A stretch of 64,000 bases of DNA from Eledone cirrhosa. Taxonomy: Eukaryota. Location of the stretch: NCBI GenBank assembly GCA_964016885.1, contig OZ024743.1, positions 367,350,001 to 367,414,000 of the forward strand. The letters are read 5' to 3'. Below the pieces are notes generated by a model that worked only from the letters and a program-made list of their open reading frames with translations, ran no database searches and was not told where the DNA came from. How positions within the stretch are numbered: the first letter of the stretch is position 1; each line of letters starts with the position of its first letter. A program made the position numbers and the translations under genes. Shown in pieces: positions 1 through 13,963 of the stretch.

Positions 1-2115
1 CCTCCGGAAGGATATCCTTATAAATCCTCCTGGAGAGTGCTTGTCGGAAGTCTCCGATGTCTTTGGGGAATTTTTGTTTTAGTGTCGTGTACGTTTTCTG
101 TGTGATGCGAGTGATTTGTATGTGTGGAGGTGGTGTGAACTTTTGGGGTGTTGTATAGTCTTTTTCTGTGATGCTGGTGTTGTGTTGGATGTAGTGTAAT
201 AATTGGTTGTTGTACAAATTTAATGCTGTGTAGTGTGTATCGTTTTGGTTGTTTTATTTTGTTTGCGTTTGTTGTGGGTTTGTTTCTGTTTCGCTTTTTG
301 GTGACTTTTGTGGTGTTGGTGATGGTGGTGTTGGGGTTAATGATGGTGTTGGTGTTTGTGGTGATGGGGTTGGTGATGCTGGTGTGGATGGTGGCATAGC
401 TGTCCTAACTTTTTTGTTTGATAGTTTATTTGTTTCCCTTTGTATTTTGTTTTTGGAGGGGGAAGGAAGAGGATTTTTTTCTTTTTTGGCTTCTTTTTCT
501 TTTTTTCTTTTTTCCTGATACAGTTTCCCACTCCTCGTCGTCACAATCTGTCTCCAGTTGCGATAGGTCGGGGAGTGGAAAATCCTCCACAGGCGTTGGT
601 TTTGGTTGTGGCGTGGTGGATGGTGGAGGCGCTGGTGCTAGTTCTGGCGCGTTGGTGGTGGTGGTGTTGGGTTTGCTACTGTTGCTGGGGTTGTTGCTGC
701 TACAGTTGCTTCTGTTGTTGCTGCTACAGTTGTTGCTGCCATTTCTGCTGCTGGTGGTGTTGATGGTTGAGTCACTGGGGTGGGTAAGAGAGGTGGCCTC
801 AACTTTTTAGCCTGAGGGCAGAAATCATTTAGGTGGGTTCCTTCACCACAAACGACACACCTAGGCCTTCTACCCTCGACGATTACGGTGAGGTGGCTGC
901 CGTCAGTGAGGTCTATTACCTCTGGGATTTCCTCAATGCTTTTTTGGTCCGCTTGGATCAGGAGCTCCATCCCAGATCCGGACTAGTTCTCCTGCTTTTC
1001 TTTTGATATTTCAATTATTTTGGTGTTGCCCTCGATGCCGGCGAGGACGGCAGCCATTAGCCAGGGAATTTGATGGCCGGTGGAACGTGGGTCACCCTGA
1101 TCTTCACGAGTCTCTGGCCACAGTAGCTTGGGACGAGTGTGAAGTCGTCGCTTCTTAATGGGGCCATGGAGTGCTCTCTGGCCTCCTGTGGTGTTCCAAA
1201 GAACACGTCCACGGTTCCATATTTCTGCCCACGTCTGATGTGGGTTTTTTTCGCCCACACATGTCCCAAAGCTTTTTGGATGTGGGATTCGGATGCCCAT
1301 TCCACTCGGCGCGATTTTGTGTTAATCGTCCGATAAGATACGGTGCATAGGCGTTGATGCTCCATTTTATTAGGTGGGGTGGGGGTGAGGCTGACCCTGT
1401 ACCCATCTTTCTTTACGATTCCCTTGGCTTCATTTAATTCCTCCTGAGTTACCTCGATTGTTTCGCATTTCTTGGCTGCTTTGGCAAACGACTTATTTGC
1501 GGTGGTGTTGATGTTTTTGTTGTTATTCTCATTGTTGTTGCTGTTGCTGTTATTGTTATTTTTGTTATTGTTATTTTTAGTTTCAGTTATGGTGGTGGTG
1601 GCGTCAGTGGTGTTCGGTGTGGAAGAGTCAATTCTGGGTGAATCCATTTCGATGTCACGAGATAATAATTTATTTTTTTCTTTTGTTTCTGTTGTCGCTG
1701 TGGTGGTGGTGGGGGTGGCAGCTTTAACACCTGCAGTTTTTGGTAATGGCAGGAAATGAATGTCTGCATGAGACAAATTTAAATTATTGCTACTGCTTAT
1801 ATTTTTAGTGTTGGCAAACGTAGTAATATTTACAATGATGGTGTCGGTGTGAGGTGATAGTTTGTGAGGAAGGCTGTCAGCCTGGTGTGGCTGTGAGTCG
1901 TCCATGATTTTTTCAAAGAAATGTTTTGTTTGATAATTATAAAAGTTTAAATTTTGGGCTCAAGGCCCCAATCTTTTTGAGTGTCCTTTTCAGAAAGCAA
2001 TATATGTGAACTTATAAACACTTATCAACAAAAATTTTCCATAAATGGCAATTTGAAACAACTGAAAACAACAAACCTTTGTGGAGCTCACGATAATACG
2101 ATTTCCTATGTAGGT
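1..2115 (-). mobile_element. 5' part (5'UTR and broken ORF1) of an L1/Tx1-type non-LTR retrotransposon, running off the left window edge
   Basis: Minus-strand ORFs 1057-1905, 983-1300 and 638-970 form a frameshifted gag-like ORF1. It has an RRM-like middle part and a zinc knuckle CVVCGEGTHLNDFC (C-x2-C-x4-H-x4-C), followed by a T/P/K-rich low-complexity tail. Confidence 0.7.
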
Positions 2116-2119
2116 CGCC

Positions 2120-5100
2120 AATAATAATAATAATAATAATGGTTTCTTTATTGCCACAAGGGTTAACACGAAGAAAAACATTACAGATGGCACAGAATGG
2201 TACAAGACGATACAAAGTGGGTTTTGGCTGTATAAAAAAGGTTATAACAAGAAGATAGAAATATCAAATAAATTGAAACAACAAAAATTCCCCAATAGGG
2301 GGGAAACTTCTGAGGGTCACTCATGGCAAAAACCACACAAAAGACCACGGCCACCCTGACCACCAGGACAAGTGCCCTATCTCAGTTTTCCACTCCTCAG
2401 TCTACAGGCGCATACTCAGAGCGGACACATTCACTCGGACCAGACTCACCACTTTCACCCACCTTTCAACAAACTTACTAGAAGAGAGCACTTGCCTCTA
2501 CACCCTGATTTTCCTCTTCAAGTGAAACTTGAAAAAGTTAATCAGGGATTGGCCGGAGAGGAAAGTATCCGTCTTCAACCCTTTCAACCTTGTCCACCAT
2601 ATAATCTCTTTCACCATGGCCACCAGATAGATGAAAACTGCCTGCCCTTGCTCCTCAGTCGATAACCAAATCCGTCCTATATGCGACAGCAACCGTTCAA
2701 CATAACCCCAGAAGTCAGCAATTCTTGGGCACTCAACGAGTGTGTGTAGGATGGTTTCATCGCCCTGTGCACATCTCAGACAGGCTTGGCTGACAGCACC
2801 TCCATGCCTGTAGAGCTTATCCCGAACCAGCAATGCTCTCTGGTAGCACTGCCAAGCCAGGGATTTCAGGAAGTTGTCCATAGGCCCCGGGCTGAAAATT
2901 CTCTTCAAGAGAGCGAAGAGCTGATCGAGAATGTCGTCACTCTTCCTCTCCACTAGCTCTCTATAGAATGCCGAGGTGGATGTTCCACCGATATCAGTGC
3001 CCAGCTGGTAGAGGGCGGTGAGCGCTTGGAGACATTCCAGCAACCAAGCGCTATTCCTCGGTCTTTTTCTGATCTAGGACTGCAGCTTTGTCTAGAAGAT
3101 GAGCTGGGAAAAGCGCGTCTGGCAAACGTCGACCACACCATCAAGGAAGCACCAGAGATGTCACAGCCTCAGCTCATGTTTGCGCATCATCAGCCACGGC
3201 ATGCCCAGTCCTCCACGCAACGGGTGCTGACAGCAGATGGATCGTCTGACCATGGGAGCACATCCCTTCTACAAAAAGCGGAAGAGAAGGCGCTCCATTT
3301 AGGTCAGAGTTGGGAGGGGGCAAGATATGACGATCAGGCAGTAGCAGATGACGGATGCGATGTACGCATTCGCCACCTCCGCCTGACCTTTCAGAGACAG
3401 CCTCCTCTCAGCCCATTTCTGGGTCACCTCACTCATCCTGCTCATCACCTCACTCTAGTTTTTCTTCATCTGGAGATATGGACCGAACCAGATCCCGAGC
3501 AATTTAACCGGTCCTTCTGTCCAACACCCCATGATCCTGTCGGATGGCATGGACTTGCCTCTCCAAGTACCAAGTTACAAGCCCACCGACTTTTCCTGGT
3601 TTATCTTTGATCCTGTCACCGCTTTGTATTCCTTGAGAACGGTGCCGAGCATCTGGACGTGTTTGGTGTTCGACACCACCACGGTGACATCATCGGCATG
3701 AGTCGACACGGATCTCCTGCATCCCAGTTCGCGTGGGACCCTGCTCATCGTCTCCAATTTGTCCAGTAATGGCTCGAGGGCCAGTACGTACAAGAGGGAC
3801 AAGAGGAGACAACCCTGGTGGACCGAGCGCATAATTCTGAACGGCTGCGACAGGTGACCATTCACTCTCACAATCGAGCGGATGTCGCTGTGTATCGCAG
3901 CGATCCAGCCCCTAAAAATGGGCCCGAAGCTGGCTGCCTCGAGCACCGCAACCAGGTATAGATGGTCGACCCTATCAAATGCTTTAGATTGATCCAAGTT
4001 GATCAGGACCCCACCCGTGCCAGGTTCCTTAACCACCCTCTCTATGATGTATCGCATGAGATGGAGGTTGTCGTGGATGGATCTGTCCAGAATGGTGCAT
4101 GTCTGTGCCAGATCACCGACGACAAGTGCCAATCTCTTTGCTAACACCTTGGCCTAAATCTTGAACTCTGCGTTTAGCAGAGTTATGGGCCTGAAGTTGT
4201 CTATAATGTCCTCCTTGTTCAGGTCTTTTCTCAGCAGCGCCACCGCTCCCCAGTTCACAAAACTTGGAATGCTCCCATTCTGCTGCCAGTTGCAGTAGAC
4301 ATCTGTCAAGAGGTCACCGAATAAATCTGGTATGTACGCATAAAGCTCGTAGGGCAGACCATCCAAACCTGGCGATTTACCCCTCGTGCAGTCAGACATC
4401 GCTTCCTCTATTTGACCTGCTGTTATTGGCTTTTCACAGCACTTCGCTGTGGTTGTCAAGAGCTGCAGCAGTCTGTCGAGGTATGCACCGAAGTCCATAC
4501 TCCGATCCGGCCTGCCGTTGCTCCTGAACAATTGAGCAAAGTGCTGTTGAAAAGCCGCACACATCTGCTTGGGCTTGAGCAACATGCGCCCGTTTTGATC
4601 AGGCAAAGACCGAATTGTGGACTTGTCACCACATTGCACCTCCACCACCCATGCCCACTGAATGGCTTTCGTCCCCTCGTGTCTTAGAGCACACGCTCTA
4701 GCTCTGACAATGCAGCCTTCATGATTTGCGTTGAAGATTTGGTCAAGTGTCAATCTCGCCGCAAGCACGTCGGTTGCGATGCCTGTCCTAAACGCTTCTT
4801 CTAGCTTTCTAACTAGCTCTCTCTCTACTCTATTTTCCTCTATCCTTATCGATTCTACTCTAATAGCCCTTTTTAGGGTAAACCACCACCTGTTGTTGAC
4901 AATTGCACCCGTCAATGCATGCTTAAGTAATTCGCTAATCCGGTCTCTGTAAGCTTTGCGTACCGGGAATGACGCATTCAGCTTCTGTTAACCGGGCCCT
5001 TGCCTATGGAGTCTATCTAAGTCAACTTCACAGATCCCAAATTTGTGGTCCGTGTAGTGACTACTTTAAATCGTGGACAACCTACACTAGCCTTATCTGT

Positions 5101-5385
5101 TTTCCTACAGAACACCCTATCTAAATACGATGTGGATGACTCGATGCGGTTTGTCCATGTCCACATTGGCAGATTCGGATAATCCAGTCTATACCTGTCA
5201 GACAGTTCAAAACGTCTGAGCTGGTTGTTGAGGCTTTTACACCCTCCTCTCCTGTCTACTAGCCCCACATAATCCCAGCGTGCATCTAAGATACCGTTCC
5301 AGTCGCCCACTAACACTAAAGAGTGGGATGTTCCAAGAAAGGTCTCTAGACGTCTGAAGAAATCTGGCTGTCCTGCCCCTTCAGC
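2120..5385 (-). mobile_element. 5'-truncated L1/Tx1-type LINE ORF2 (APE endonuclease, RT, C-terminal Cys motif), disrupted, with (TTA)n tail
   Basis: Endonuclease motifs LVLVGDWNGILD and SYLDRVF. RT motifs KSPGLDGLPYELY, FRPITLLNAEFKI, NLDQSKAFDRVDH, VHQG and HADD. C-terminal CLRC...ETILHTLVECP. The 3' end on the minus strand reads AATAAAGAAACC(ATT)n at 2120-2152. Confidence 0.9.
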
Positions 5386-5600
5386 CAACATGCAGATGCT
5401 TGTGAAATTCTTCACCTCCACTTTGGCTTCCAATTGGGAGTTTTCGAGATGAGTCTCAGTTAGGGTGAAGAAAGGGATGTGGTGTGGATGGTTGTCAACC
5501 CAATCCTCAATCAATTGCACCTTCCATCTTGTACATTGAGTAGAAATGTTGAGGCTAGAGTAGTGGCTGGTGTTGATGTTATTGTGGTACATGTGCTTTG
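5386..5600 (-). mobile_element. Remnant of a different LINE endonuclease N-terminus (CR1/L2-like)
   Basis: SSLNISTQC...IPFFTLTETHLENSQLEAKVEVKNF resembles the APE motif I/II region. It is fused in frame to the truncated Tx1-type endonuclease in ORF 5017-5664. Confidence 0.45.
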
Positions 5601-5894
5601 ATTTTTGTTGGTAGTGTTCATATAAATTATGTGTCTCCTCCCAGGTAGATGTGGGAAGATGCAATCACTGTGTGTGCAGAACTTCTGGCATAATGAATAA
5701 CAGCATATTTTGGGGTTTTGTGTTGGGGGTGGTGGTGAAGCATTTGGTGCAGATGACATGATTCTGAGCAGAGTACAATGGCATATTTGATCGGATCTTG
5801 CTGTTAGATCTTAAATCACAAAAATGGACCAGGTAAAATTATTTTATAGTTCTTTATACCTTCATGGCAGACAGATTTCAATTTTCCAATATCA

Positions 5895-6480
5895 AATAAT
5901 AATAATTTCTTTATTAACCACAAAGTGTTTAGAAAACCTACATTAAGGACAGCACAGGACAAATATAGGTTTCTGCATGTACAACAAAAGGAATCAAAAA
6001 CAAAAGATGTAACAAAAAAATGGAAGCAAAGGAAAAATCCCCAATATGGGGGAGACCATCAAGGGTTACTCGTGGAGAAAGCCCACAAAAGCCATGGTTA
6101 TCCTGATTGCTAGGGCAAGTGCCCTCTCCCAGTTTTCCTCCTACAATACTACAGGCACACTCTCAGAACAGGCCCATTCACATGGGCCATTCTTGTCTTT
6201 CTCACCCACCTTACAACAAACTGGCTTTCCTTTTCGGGTGACACCTGAAAAAGTTAATGAGAGTGTCACCGAAGAGGAAAGTGCTCATATTAAACCCTTT
6301 CAGATGCGTCCACCATATGACCTCTTTCAACATGGCTACCAGGTAGATAAAAACTGCCCACTCTTCCTGGTTAAAGGTGGAGCAATCTTCACTATGGACT
6401 CAGCTGATAGCCAGATCTGTCCTACATGCAACAGCAGATGTTCGACATAAACCCACAAGACAGCGATGCTCGGACACTGG
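5895..6480 (-). mobile_element. 3' fragment of the same L1/Tx1-type family
   Basis: Nucleotide similarity to 2120-2730 (e.g. GCAAGTGCCCT, GAAAAAGTTAAT, CCACCATAT) and an (AAT)n tail at ~5895. Confidence 0.75.
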
Positions 6481-7682
6481 ACTAAAGTTCTAGTATGTGG
6501 AAAGGAAAACAGGGTTCAGATCCTCTCTGGGAAATGGCCTTGCATAGTGTGCAGGAAAGGAGTAGGTAGAAATTCCATTCTATGTCCCAAATGCAAGCTA
6601 TGGGTACATAAAAGATGTGGGATTACAGGCAGGTTATCAAAGGATGTAGGTTTTACATGTGGCCAATGCTAAGATGCAGTAAATAGCAAGTGCCCACAGG
6701 ATACTAGCTCTTTCATATGCCCAATGGTACTATAGAAATAGTCAACTATTTCCATTGCCTGAGTGATGAAATCAGCAGTGAAGGAGGGTGTTCCAAAAGT
6801 ACAGAAGCCAGAGTAAGAACAGGATGAAGAAAGTTCAGAGAGCTACTACTGCTACTAGCTACAAAAGTTTTTTTTCCCCTTAAAATGAAGAGCAGATTGT
6901 ATGATGCATGTATATGAACAGCAATGTTACATGGTAGTGAGACCATTGTGTGAAGAAGTCCTGTGAAGACTGGAAAGAAATGAAGCATGCATACTTCTAT
7001 GGATGTAATATACATGAACAGCAAAGCGTAAATGAATTAAAAGAGAAATTAGGCATAAGAGGGATCAGATGCAGTATACTAGAAAGGAGATTGCTTGGTA
7101 TGGTCATGTGATGTGTGTGACGGATGACAGCTGTATTAAAGGGTGCAGAACGATAAAAATTAATGGAAGCTATGGAATAGGAAGACTCAGGAAGACCTAG
7201 GATGAGGTAATAAAAGCTGACTTTGTGCAACTGAACCTCTCAAAGACAATGACACAGCATCAAGATCTTTGGCATTATGCAGTAATACAGAAGACATGCC
7301 TTTTCATGTGCACAGACTCAAACATACATCTAGTAGGCACCTCTTAAACACTACAACCTCAACCACCTACTCCTGTCCATACCACCCTTACATTGTGAAC
7401 AAAATATATCCAGCCGATACTGTAAAGTGACCGTGTAGGTGTCACAACAAAAAGCACCCAGCCCACTCTGTAAAGTGGTCATGTAGGAGTCCCGACAAAA
7501 AGCACCCAGCACATACTGTAAATGTGGTTGGCATTAGGAAGGGCATCCAGTTGTAGAAACCTAACCAAGACCAATTCTATACGAGTAAGACACGGTCACC
7601 TGACCAAGCTTGCCTCGAATGGAACAATCCTCTGTCTAACCCAAGATAGTGTGGAAAATGGACATTAAATAATGATGATGAT
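6481..7682 (+). mobile_element. 5'-truncated RTE-type LINE (PHD-like finger, C-terminus, 3'UTR, (TGA)n tail)
   Basis: KWPCIVCRKGVGRNSILCPKCKLWVHKRC. 3'UTR has AAAAGCACCCAGC repeats and the tail TTAGGAAGGGCATCCAG...GGACATTAAATAATGATGATG followed by (TA)n. Confidence 0.85.
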
Positions 7683-7704
7683 ATATATATATATATATAT
7701 ATAC

Positions 7705-7905
7705 AGTGGTAAAAAACTGGGAGATTATATCTGAAGTTGGCAGTGCACTCAGTCCAAAGGGCAAGTTCGGTATAGAGTTAGTTCCACAACAAATCTAGCA
7801 AACTATATTTGAGGATATGTGTTTCACCAGAGGGATTTTCAATTCATGTATGGCTGTAGCTATACATGTGTTCTCGAATATGATTTGCTAACTTGTTATG
7901 GAACT

Positions 7906-7911
<6 letters not shown>
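7705..7911. repeat. Foldback element (imperfect inverted repeat 7774-7911) related to 38640-38929
   Basis: AGAGTTAGTTCCACAACAA...TTGTTATGGAACTAACTCT. Shares the leader CACTCAGTCCA..GG..AGTT.GGTA with 38640-38700 and is flanked by (TA)n and (CT)n. Confidence 0.65.
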
Positions 7912-8003
<92 letters not shown>

Positions 8004-9979
8004 ACACACAGCCATACATATATATATTAAACTAATGCTAATTTGGAAAGCTAGGACAAACCTTGACTGATTCACCTTCCCCACTGAACCTATGCCCCTG
8101 TTCCTCACACTCACATTTTTTACTCATTTTCCCTATCCAACACATGCCAACATAGAAAGCCAAGCACACCATATAATGTCAGATACCACCCACTTGTTTC
8201 AAGGCCATCCCCATTACCTAGCACCTTTTATATTATGGGATTGTCATTAGGAAGGCCATCCAATCATAAAAATTATGTTCTCTGTACATACTGTACAGGG
8301 GTTAGCATTTGAAAAGGCATTTAGCCATAGAAACCATACCAAAACCGAGCATATGAGCAGGACTTGGTCACTTGACAACAACCCATCTAACCCATGCAAG
8401 TATGGAAAATCAATGTTAAACTGTGATGATGATGATGATGATGATGATGGTGATGATAATGGTGATATGTTTGTACATAGAACTACTTAGGTGATTTGTT
8501 TTTATATGTATTATATGCAAAATCTTAACTACTATTTTACAATGGATATGGTTGGTATAACTGAAGTCAGGATAACTAGTGCTAATTTCATTCAAATCAA
8601 CCCTAAAGGCATGAAATATACAGTTTATCATGACAGGATTTGATCTAAGAATGTTGATGTATTACACATTGATGGGGGTATTCTTGTGATTCATTCATCT
8701 TCATTGCCCTTCTTCTGACAAATACTTTTAAATCCAGGTCAAGACATGAAGAATTTAATTGAGGCTTTCATGCTCTCTGGAGATGTTAGTAATAATTTGG
8801 TAGCAGCATCAATTCCCTAAGCACACATTTTCTTTATAGATTTTTCTCTGATGGTTTCAATGCGGGTGCCATCATTAAATAACACCTCCAAGTCATGTTG
8901 CTGGCATAAGAGAACAAGAACATGAACACGAAACATAACAATGGTAATCAGAACCATTCCTTTCATGCTGTGGTAAGAACTAGATATATCTTCTCCTGAA
9001 TTTATTGATTGCAATTTTATCATTGATCCTGATCAGAAATTAAGTGAAAAAGAAGAATCAGAATACAAAATCGATAGAGGTATCTTAAGAATGGTGATAA
9101 CCTGAAAAAGGAAACCTCTAATGCAGGTTGTTGTAAGGATGACAAAAACAACTACATAGTGGATAGGTTATAGTACATAGAAGCTTGAATATAAGTTGTT
9201 TGGTAACAAAAGAAAAATGATGTTATTTTATAAGAAGTCATAAAAAAATTGTACATACACACTTTTATAAAACAAGTATTCTCTCTTTTCTCTTAGGTAA
9301 GTTTTTTCTTAATTTATGATATCTAAAGCTATCACAATTATAATTACTGATATTATAATTATGATTATTAAATTAAAGTCTTTTTGTGGATCATTGAATA
9401 TAGAATTGAATACAGAATACATAAACAATTTATTTCACTAGGTGTAGACACACACATAAATGGCATTACAAAAGTAAGTAATGGACTGAATAAAATTTAC
9501 ATCTTGTTGACACCTGGATGCAGCAATATTGACACTGAAAATTGTAGGTTTGTTTCTGAACATTAACAAATTATTTATTCTCATTCAAATATCATTTGTC
9601 TTTGCTTCTACCTTAAGTGTTTAAAAAGACACTCATGAATCATAATCAACTTTAACTTATAGCAAGGAAACAAAACTAGAATCTCAAGAAACTGAATATG
9701 TGTCTGTCAAAAATAAATAAAATAAAAAATAAATAAATAGATAATAAAATTTATAAAATAAGATATGTTCTATGAGAAGAGCTGAATTCTGACATTTCAA
9801 TAAAAGAATATATTTTATTTTATGAATTTTATATAATATATAATTTCAAGTTATGAAATTAAAATTATAATCTATGATATATAATGTGTAATGTTCATTT
9901 AGGAGAACACATGTTTACAAGTGAAATTTTGCAAAGGAGAATATTTATTGTGCAGAAAAAAAGTGTGTAAAGCAACTTA

Positions 9980-10162
<183 letters not shown>

Positions 10163-10334
10163 TTAGTAATAATAAGACAAGGATGAAAGTTATGATGATA
10201 TCATAAACAGAAGTGTAAATATTAATAGGAAATTTAAAAATAACAAACAGATATCAACAATATAAAAAAAAAACAAATATAAAAATATATATAAAAATTA
10301 AAGAAAACTACTGTGATGGTGATGTTTCTCCTAA

Positions 10335-10482
10335 TGATGGTTTCTAACTTAGGAACAAGGCCAGACATTTTTTGTCGGAGGAAAGTCGATTATATTGACC
10401 CCAGTTCTTTGCTAGTACTTTATTTTATTGACCCCAGAAGCATAAAAGGCAAAGTTGGCTTCGTCAGTATTTGAACTCAGAA
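10335..10482 (-). mobile_element. tRNA-derived SINE, family A (partial)
   Basis: Reverse complement of GAGTTCAAAT..CTTTGCCTTT..GGGGTCAATAAAATAAAGTAC core with a GGCCTTG..AGAAAC tail. Confidence 0.7.
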
Positions 10483-10497
10483 CTTAATTCAAGCATG

Positions 10498-11962
10498 TTT
10501 TGCAGTCTGAGGACCAGAGACAGGAGGTATTCAGGATTGTGAGGCAGTGTGTTAGAGAAAATTGTGATGTCATTGGAGAGAAATGTGTCTGGGATGATAA
10601 ATGTGAGATTGCCCTCAAAAGCCCCAAGAAGAAAGCTGCATGGAAGAGCCATTATGAAAGATTACTAAATGAGGAGAATGCATGAGAGAAAGAGACCCTA
10701 CCCCAAGTGGACCCTATAGAGGGCCAAGCAATACAAGTCAGCAGCAGTGTAGTAAGTAAGGCCATTAAGGATAGGAAGACTGGGAAAGCAAGCGGTCCAT
10801 CGGGTATAGCTGTCAAGATTCTGAAAGCATCTGGATCAGTAGGTCACACCATAACCACACGTATTGTTAACTAAATAATACTAGAAGGCGTCATACCAAA
10901 TCATTAGTGCAGCAGCATCATTGTAAACTGCTACTGTTTATTATAGTATTGCAGGTTATATCAGAGGAGTTTAAGACCGGATGCCCATGGGAACTTCTGT
11001 ACACGAGTGGTCTTACACTTATAGCTAAATCTATGGTGTAACTAGAGAAGAAAATCCAAATGTGGAAGCAGGGCCTAGAAAGAAGGGGTCTCAAAGTCAA
11101 CTTGACAAAGACTAAGGTCCTTGTAAGTAGAAGAGAAAACAGAATACAGATCCCCTCAGGGAAATGGCCTTGCTCAGTATGTAGGAAAGGTGTAGTTAGA
11201 AATCCCATCCTCTGCCTCAAATGCAAACTATGGGTACACAACTGATGTAGTGGGATTTCAGGAAGTTTAGTTAAGAATGTAGGTTTTATGTGTAGCAGTT
11301 GCACCAGGACAGTAAGCAGAAAACGACCACAGGAAAGAAGCACTACCAAATTCTGGGAGGGCTCTGTAGAAACAGTAGACAGCTTCTGCTACCTATGTGA
11401 CCGAATTAGCAGCGGAATGAAAGAAGTTCAGGGAGCTACTACCACTGCTAACTGCAAAAGGCTTTTCCCTCAAAATGAAAGGTAGACTGTATGATGCTTG
11501 CATATGAACAGCAATGTTGCATGGTAGTGAGATTGGGTGTTGCGTGAAGAAGGCTTGCATAGATTAGAAAGAAATGGAGCTTGCAAGTTCCGATGGATGT
11601 GTAATAGTAATATACACTAACGGCAAAGCATAAATGAATTGAGAGAGAGACTAAGCATAAGAGGAATCAAATGCTGCGTGCAGGAGAGGAGATTATGTTG
11701 GTATGGACATGTGATGTGTCTGAAGGGTGACAGCTGCATAAAAAGGTGCAGAGCACTAAAAGTCGATGAAAGCCTTGGAGTGGGGAGACCCAAGAAGATA
11801 TGGGATGAGGTAATAAAAGCTGACCTTGCCCAATTGTACCTCTCAAAGGCGATGTCACAGGACCGAGAACTCTGTTATGCAGTAATACAGATGCCCACAC
11901 CAGGATAACCCGTCTAACCCATGCTGGCATGAAAATTTGACATAAAATGATGATGATGATCA
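10498..11962 (+). mobile_element. RTE-type LINE fragment with internal deletions
   Basis: AWKSHYERLLNEENA, KVNLTKTKVL, PHD-like finger, RRLCWYGHVM and a (TGA)n tail. Confidence 0.85.
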
Positions 11963-12004
11963 TGAACTTAAAGGACCATAACTAAATGCTACAAAGCAAA
12001 TAAT

Positions 12005-12400
12005 ACCCAATAATGATTTCTTCTATTTGTTGCAAGGGTACAGATGAAGAGATATTACAAGAACAAATTACAAAGAATTGTGAAGGTTTGTGCAAAATTG
12101 ATGAAAAATAACAGGTATGGAAAACAAAGTACTTAGCAACTATAAAACAAGACATATCAATTGGGTAACAGCTACCTAGATCTATAGATGCAAGTTTAAC
12201 CTGACTACCTGGAGTGAGTGCTCCCTTTTAGTCATGTTTTCTTGTAGGTTCACTTATGTGGACCATTCTTGCCATTTTCACCCATATTTCAACAAATCCA
12301 CTGGAGAATAGCATCTTCCTCTCCAATTAAAACTTTAAGTTAGTCTGGATTTGGCCAAGAAACAAAGTATCTACCTTCAGTCCTATTAATCTCATTCACA
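12005..12400 (-). mobile_element. Highly decayed L1/Tx1-type 3' fragment
   Basis: Diffuse similarity to 2140-2600 (tail AATAATGATTTCTT.., TTTCAACAAA..CTGGAG, GGATTTGGCC..AAAGTATC..CTTCA). Confidence 0.5.
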
Positions 12401-12419
12401 ACTAAAAACCAATTAACAA

Positions 12420-12670
12420 CTAAGTACAAGGACAATACTGACAATCGTTAAACTAAAAGGACAATACCACATCTAGATACAAAAATAATACTGGTATCTT
12501 TAGATGAGATACAAGAACAATATCAACATTCTAAAACCAGGTACAAAATCGATATTACATCTAGGTACATGTATTATATTGTCATCATTTAGATAAGGTA
12601 CAAGAGGAACATTAACATCGTTATTTAAGTTCAAAAACGATATTGACATTTTTAGATTAAGTAGAACACA
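12420..12670. repeat. Degenerate ~30-bp minisatellite
   Basis: Recurring AGGTACAA.GACAATA.TGACAT-like units, about 7-8 copies. Confidence 0.5.
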
Positions 12671-13284
12671 ATTTGCAGAAGGTACTTCAGATTAAATCTA
12701 TTTTATTTTAATATCAAGTTTTAAGAATACCATCTTTTCTTTAATCTTTCATTGTTTGGTTATGTGTATCAAATACTTTTGTCACACTCCTATCATATTC
12801 ACTGATCTCTGAAACAACTGTTCAGGTAAATATAATTAATAAGAGTTAAATATTTAAACATTTTATTGAATCCTCTTCTCTCAAAAAGAAAGAAAGACAA
12901 ATGATAAAGCAATTTTAAACCAAAGATATACCATATATACTTGAATATAAGCAGAAGAATATGTGACCAAAATATCAATGGTAGAGGGGTTGATGGTGGG
13001 CAGCTTATATTCAGGGTCAATATTTTGATGATTTTCACCAACTTCAAATACTATGTCAATAAGGTTTGAATTTTTGCCCATTTCTCAGACATAAAATATT
13101 GGGGTTGGCTTATATTCAAGTATGTACAGTAAGTATTTACTGTAACACCTTTAGTCAAGTACTCTATCTGTATAAAAATTCCAGTAGCATGCAAGTACTG
13201 ACATATAACATACACACACAGTTCAATAGATGGGGGAAGGAAGGAAGGAACATGAAACTACTTAAAGACAATGACAATAGATAT

Positions 13285-13476
13285 TATAATTGTTTCTACT
13301 TTTTGGCACAAGGCCAGCAAATACCCAGTGTATTACTGGTACTTTATTTTATCGACCCCGTAAGGATGAAAGGCAAAGTTAACCTCGGCGGGATTTGAAC
13401 TCAGAATGGCAAGGGCTGTAACTCTATGCATCAAAGCATGGCGTCCGACCTTCTATCGATACTGCCAATCCACCAA
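13285..13476 (-). mobile_element. tRNA-derived SINE, family A (near full length)
   Basis: Near-exact reverse complement of 35295-35488, with A-box GGTGGATTGGCAG, B-box GAGTTCAAATCCC and tail CCTTGTGCCAAAAAGTAGAAACAATTAT. Confidence 0.85.
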
Positions 13477-13789
13477 TGGTCAGTATTCAGTTCTCATATC
13501 TTTTACTGGTTTTAGGCAGTAGGTGTGGCCATGCTAGAGCAACACCATGAACAATTGGATGTTTCACTGATTGAACATTTATTTTTATTTTTCAGAGGGG
13601 GAGGAGGAAGGCAGAAAGGAAAAGGACGAGGAGAAACAAGAAAACAGAAGAAGAATAGAATAAAGAAGAAAACATCAACTACAACAACAATTATAATTGG
13701 AATAATTTTCCCTTGTAATTATATGCAATTATATTTGTCTAGATCACTTGATATGCATTGAGTATATGAATGAAAGTAAAAGAATTTTA

Positions 13790-13963
<174 letters not shown>

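Noticed and set aside
5017-5664. 215-aa ORF as a single gene
   Set aside because: Chance in-frame fusion of two unrelated LINE endonuclease fragments at ~5385.
8650-9100. ORF 8817-9023 (and 48839-49169) as host exons
   Set aside because: No recognisable homology or consistent splice signals.
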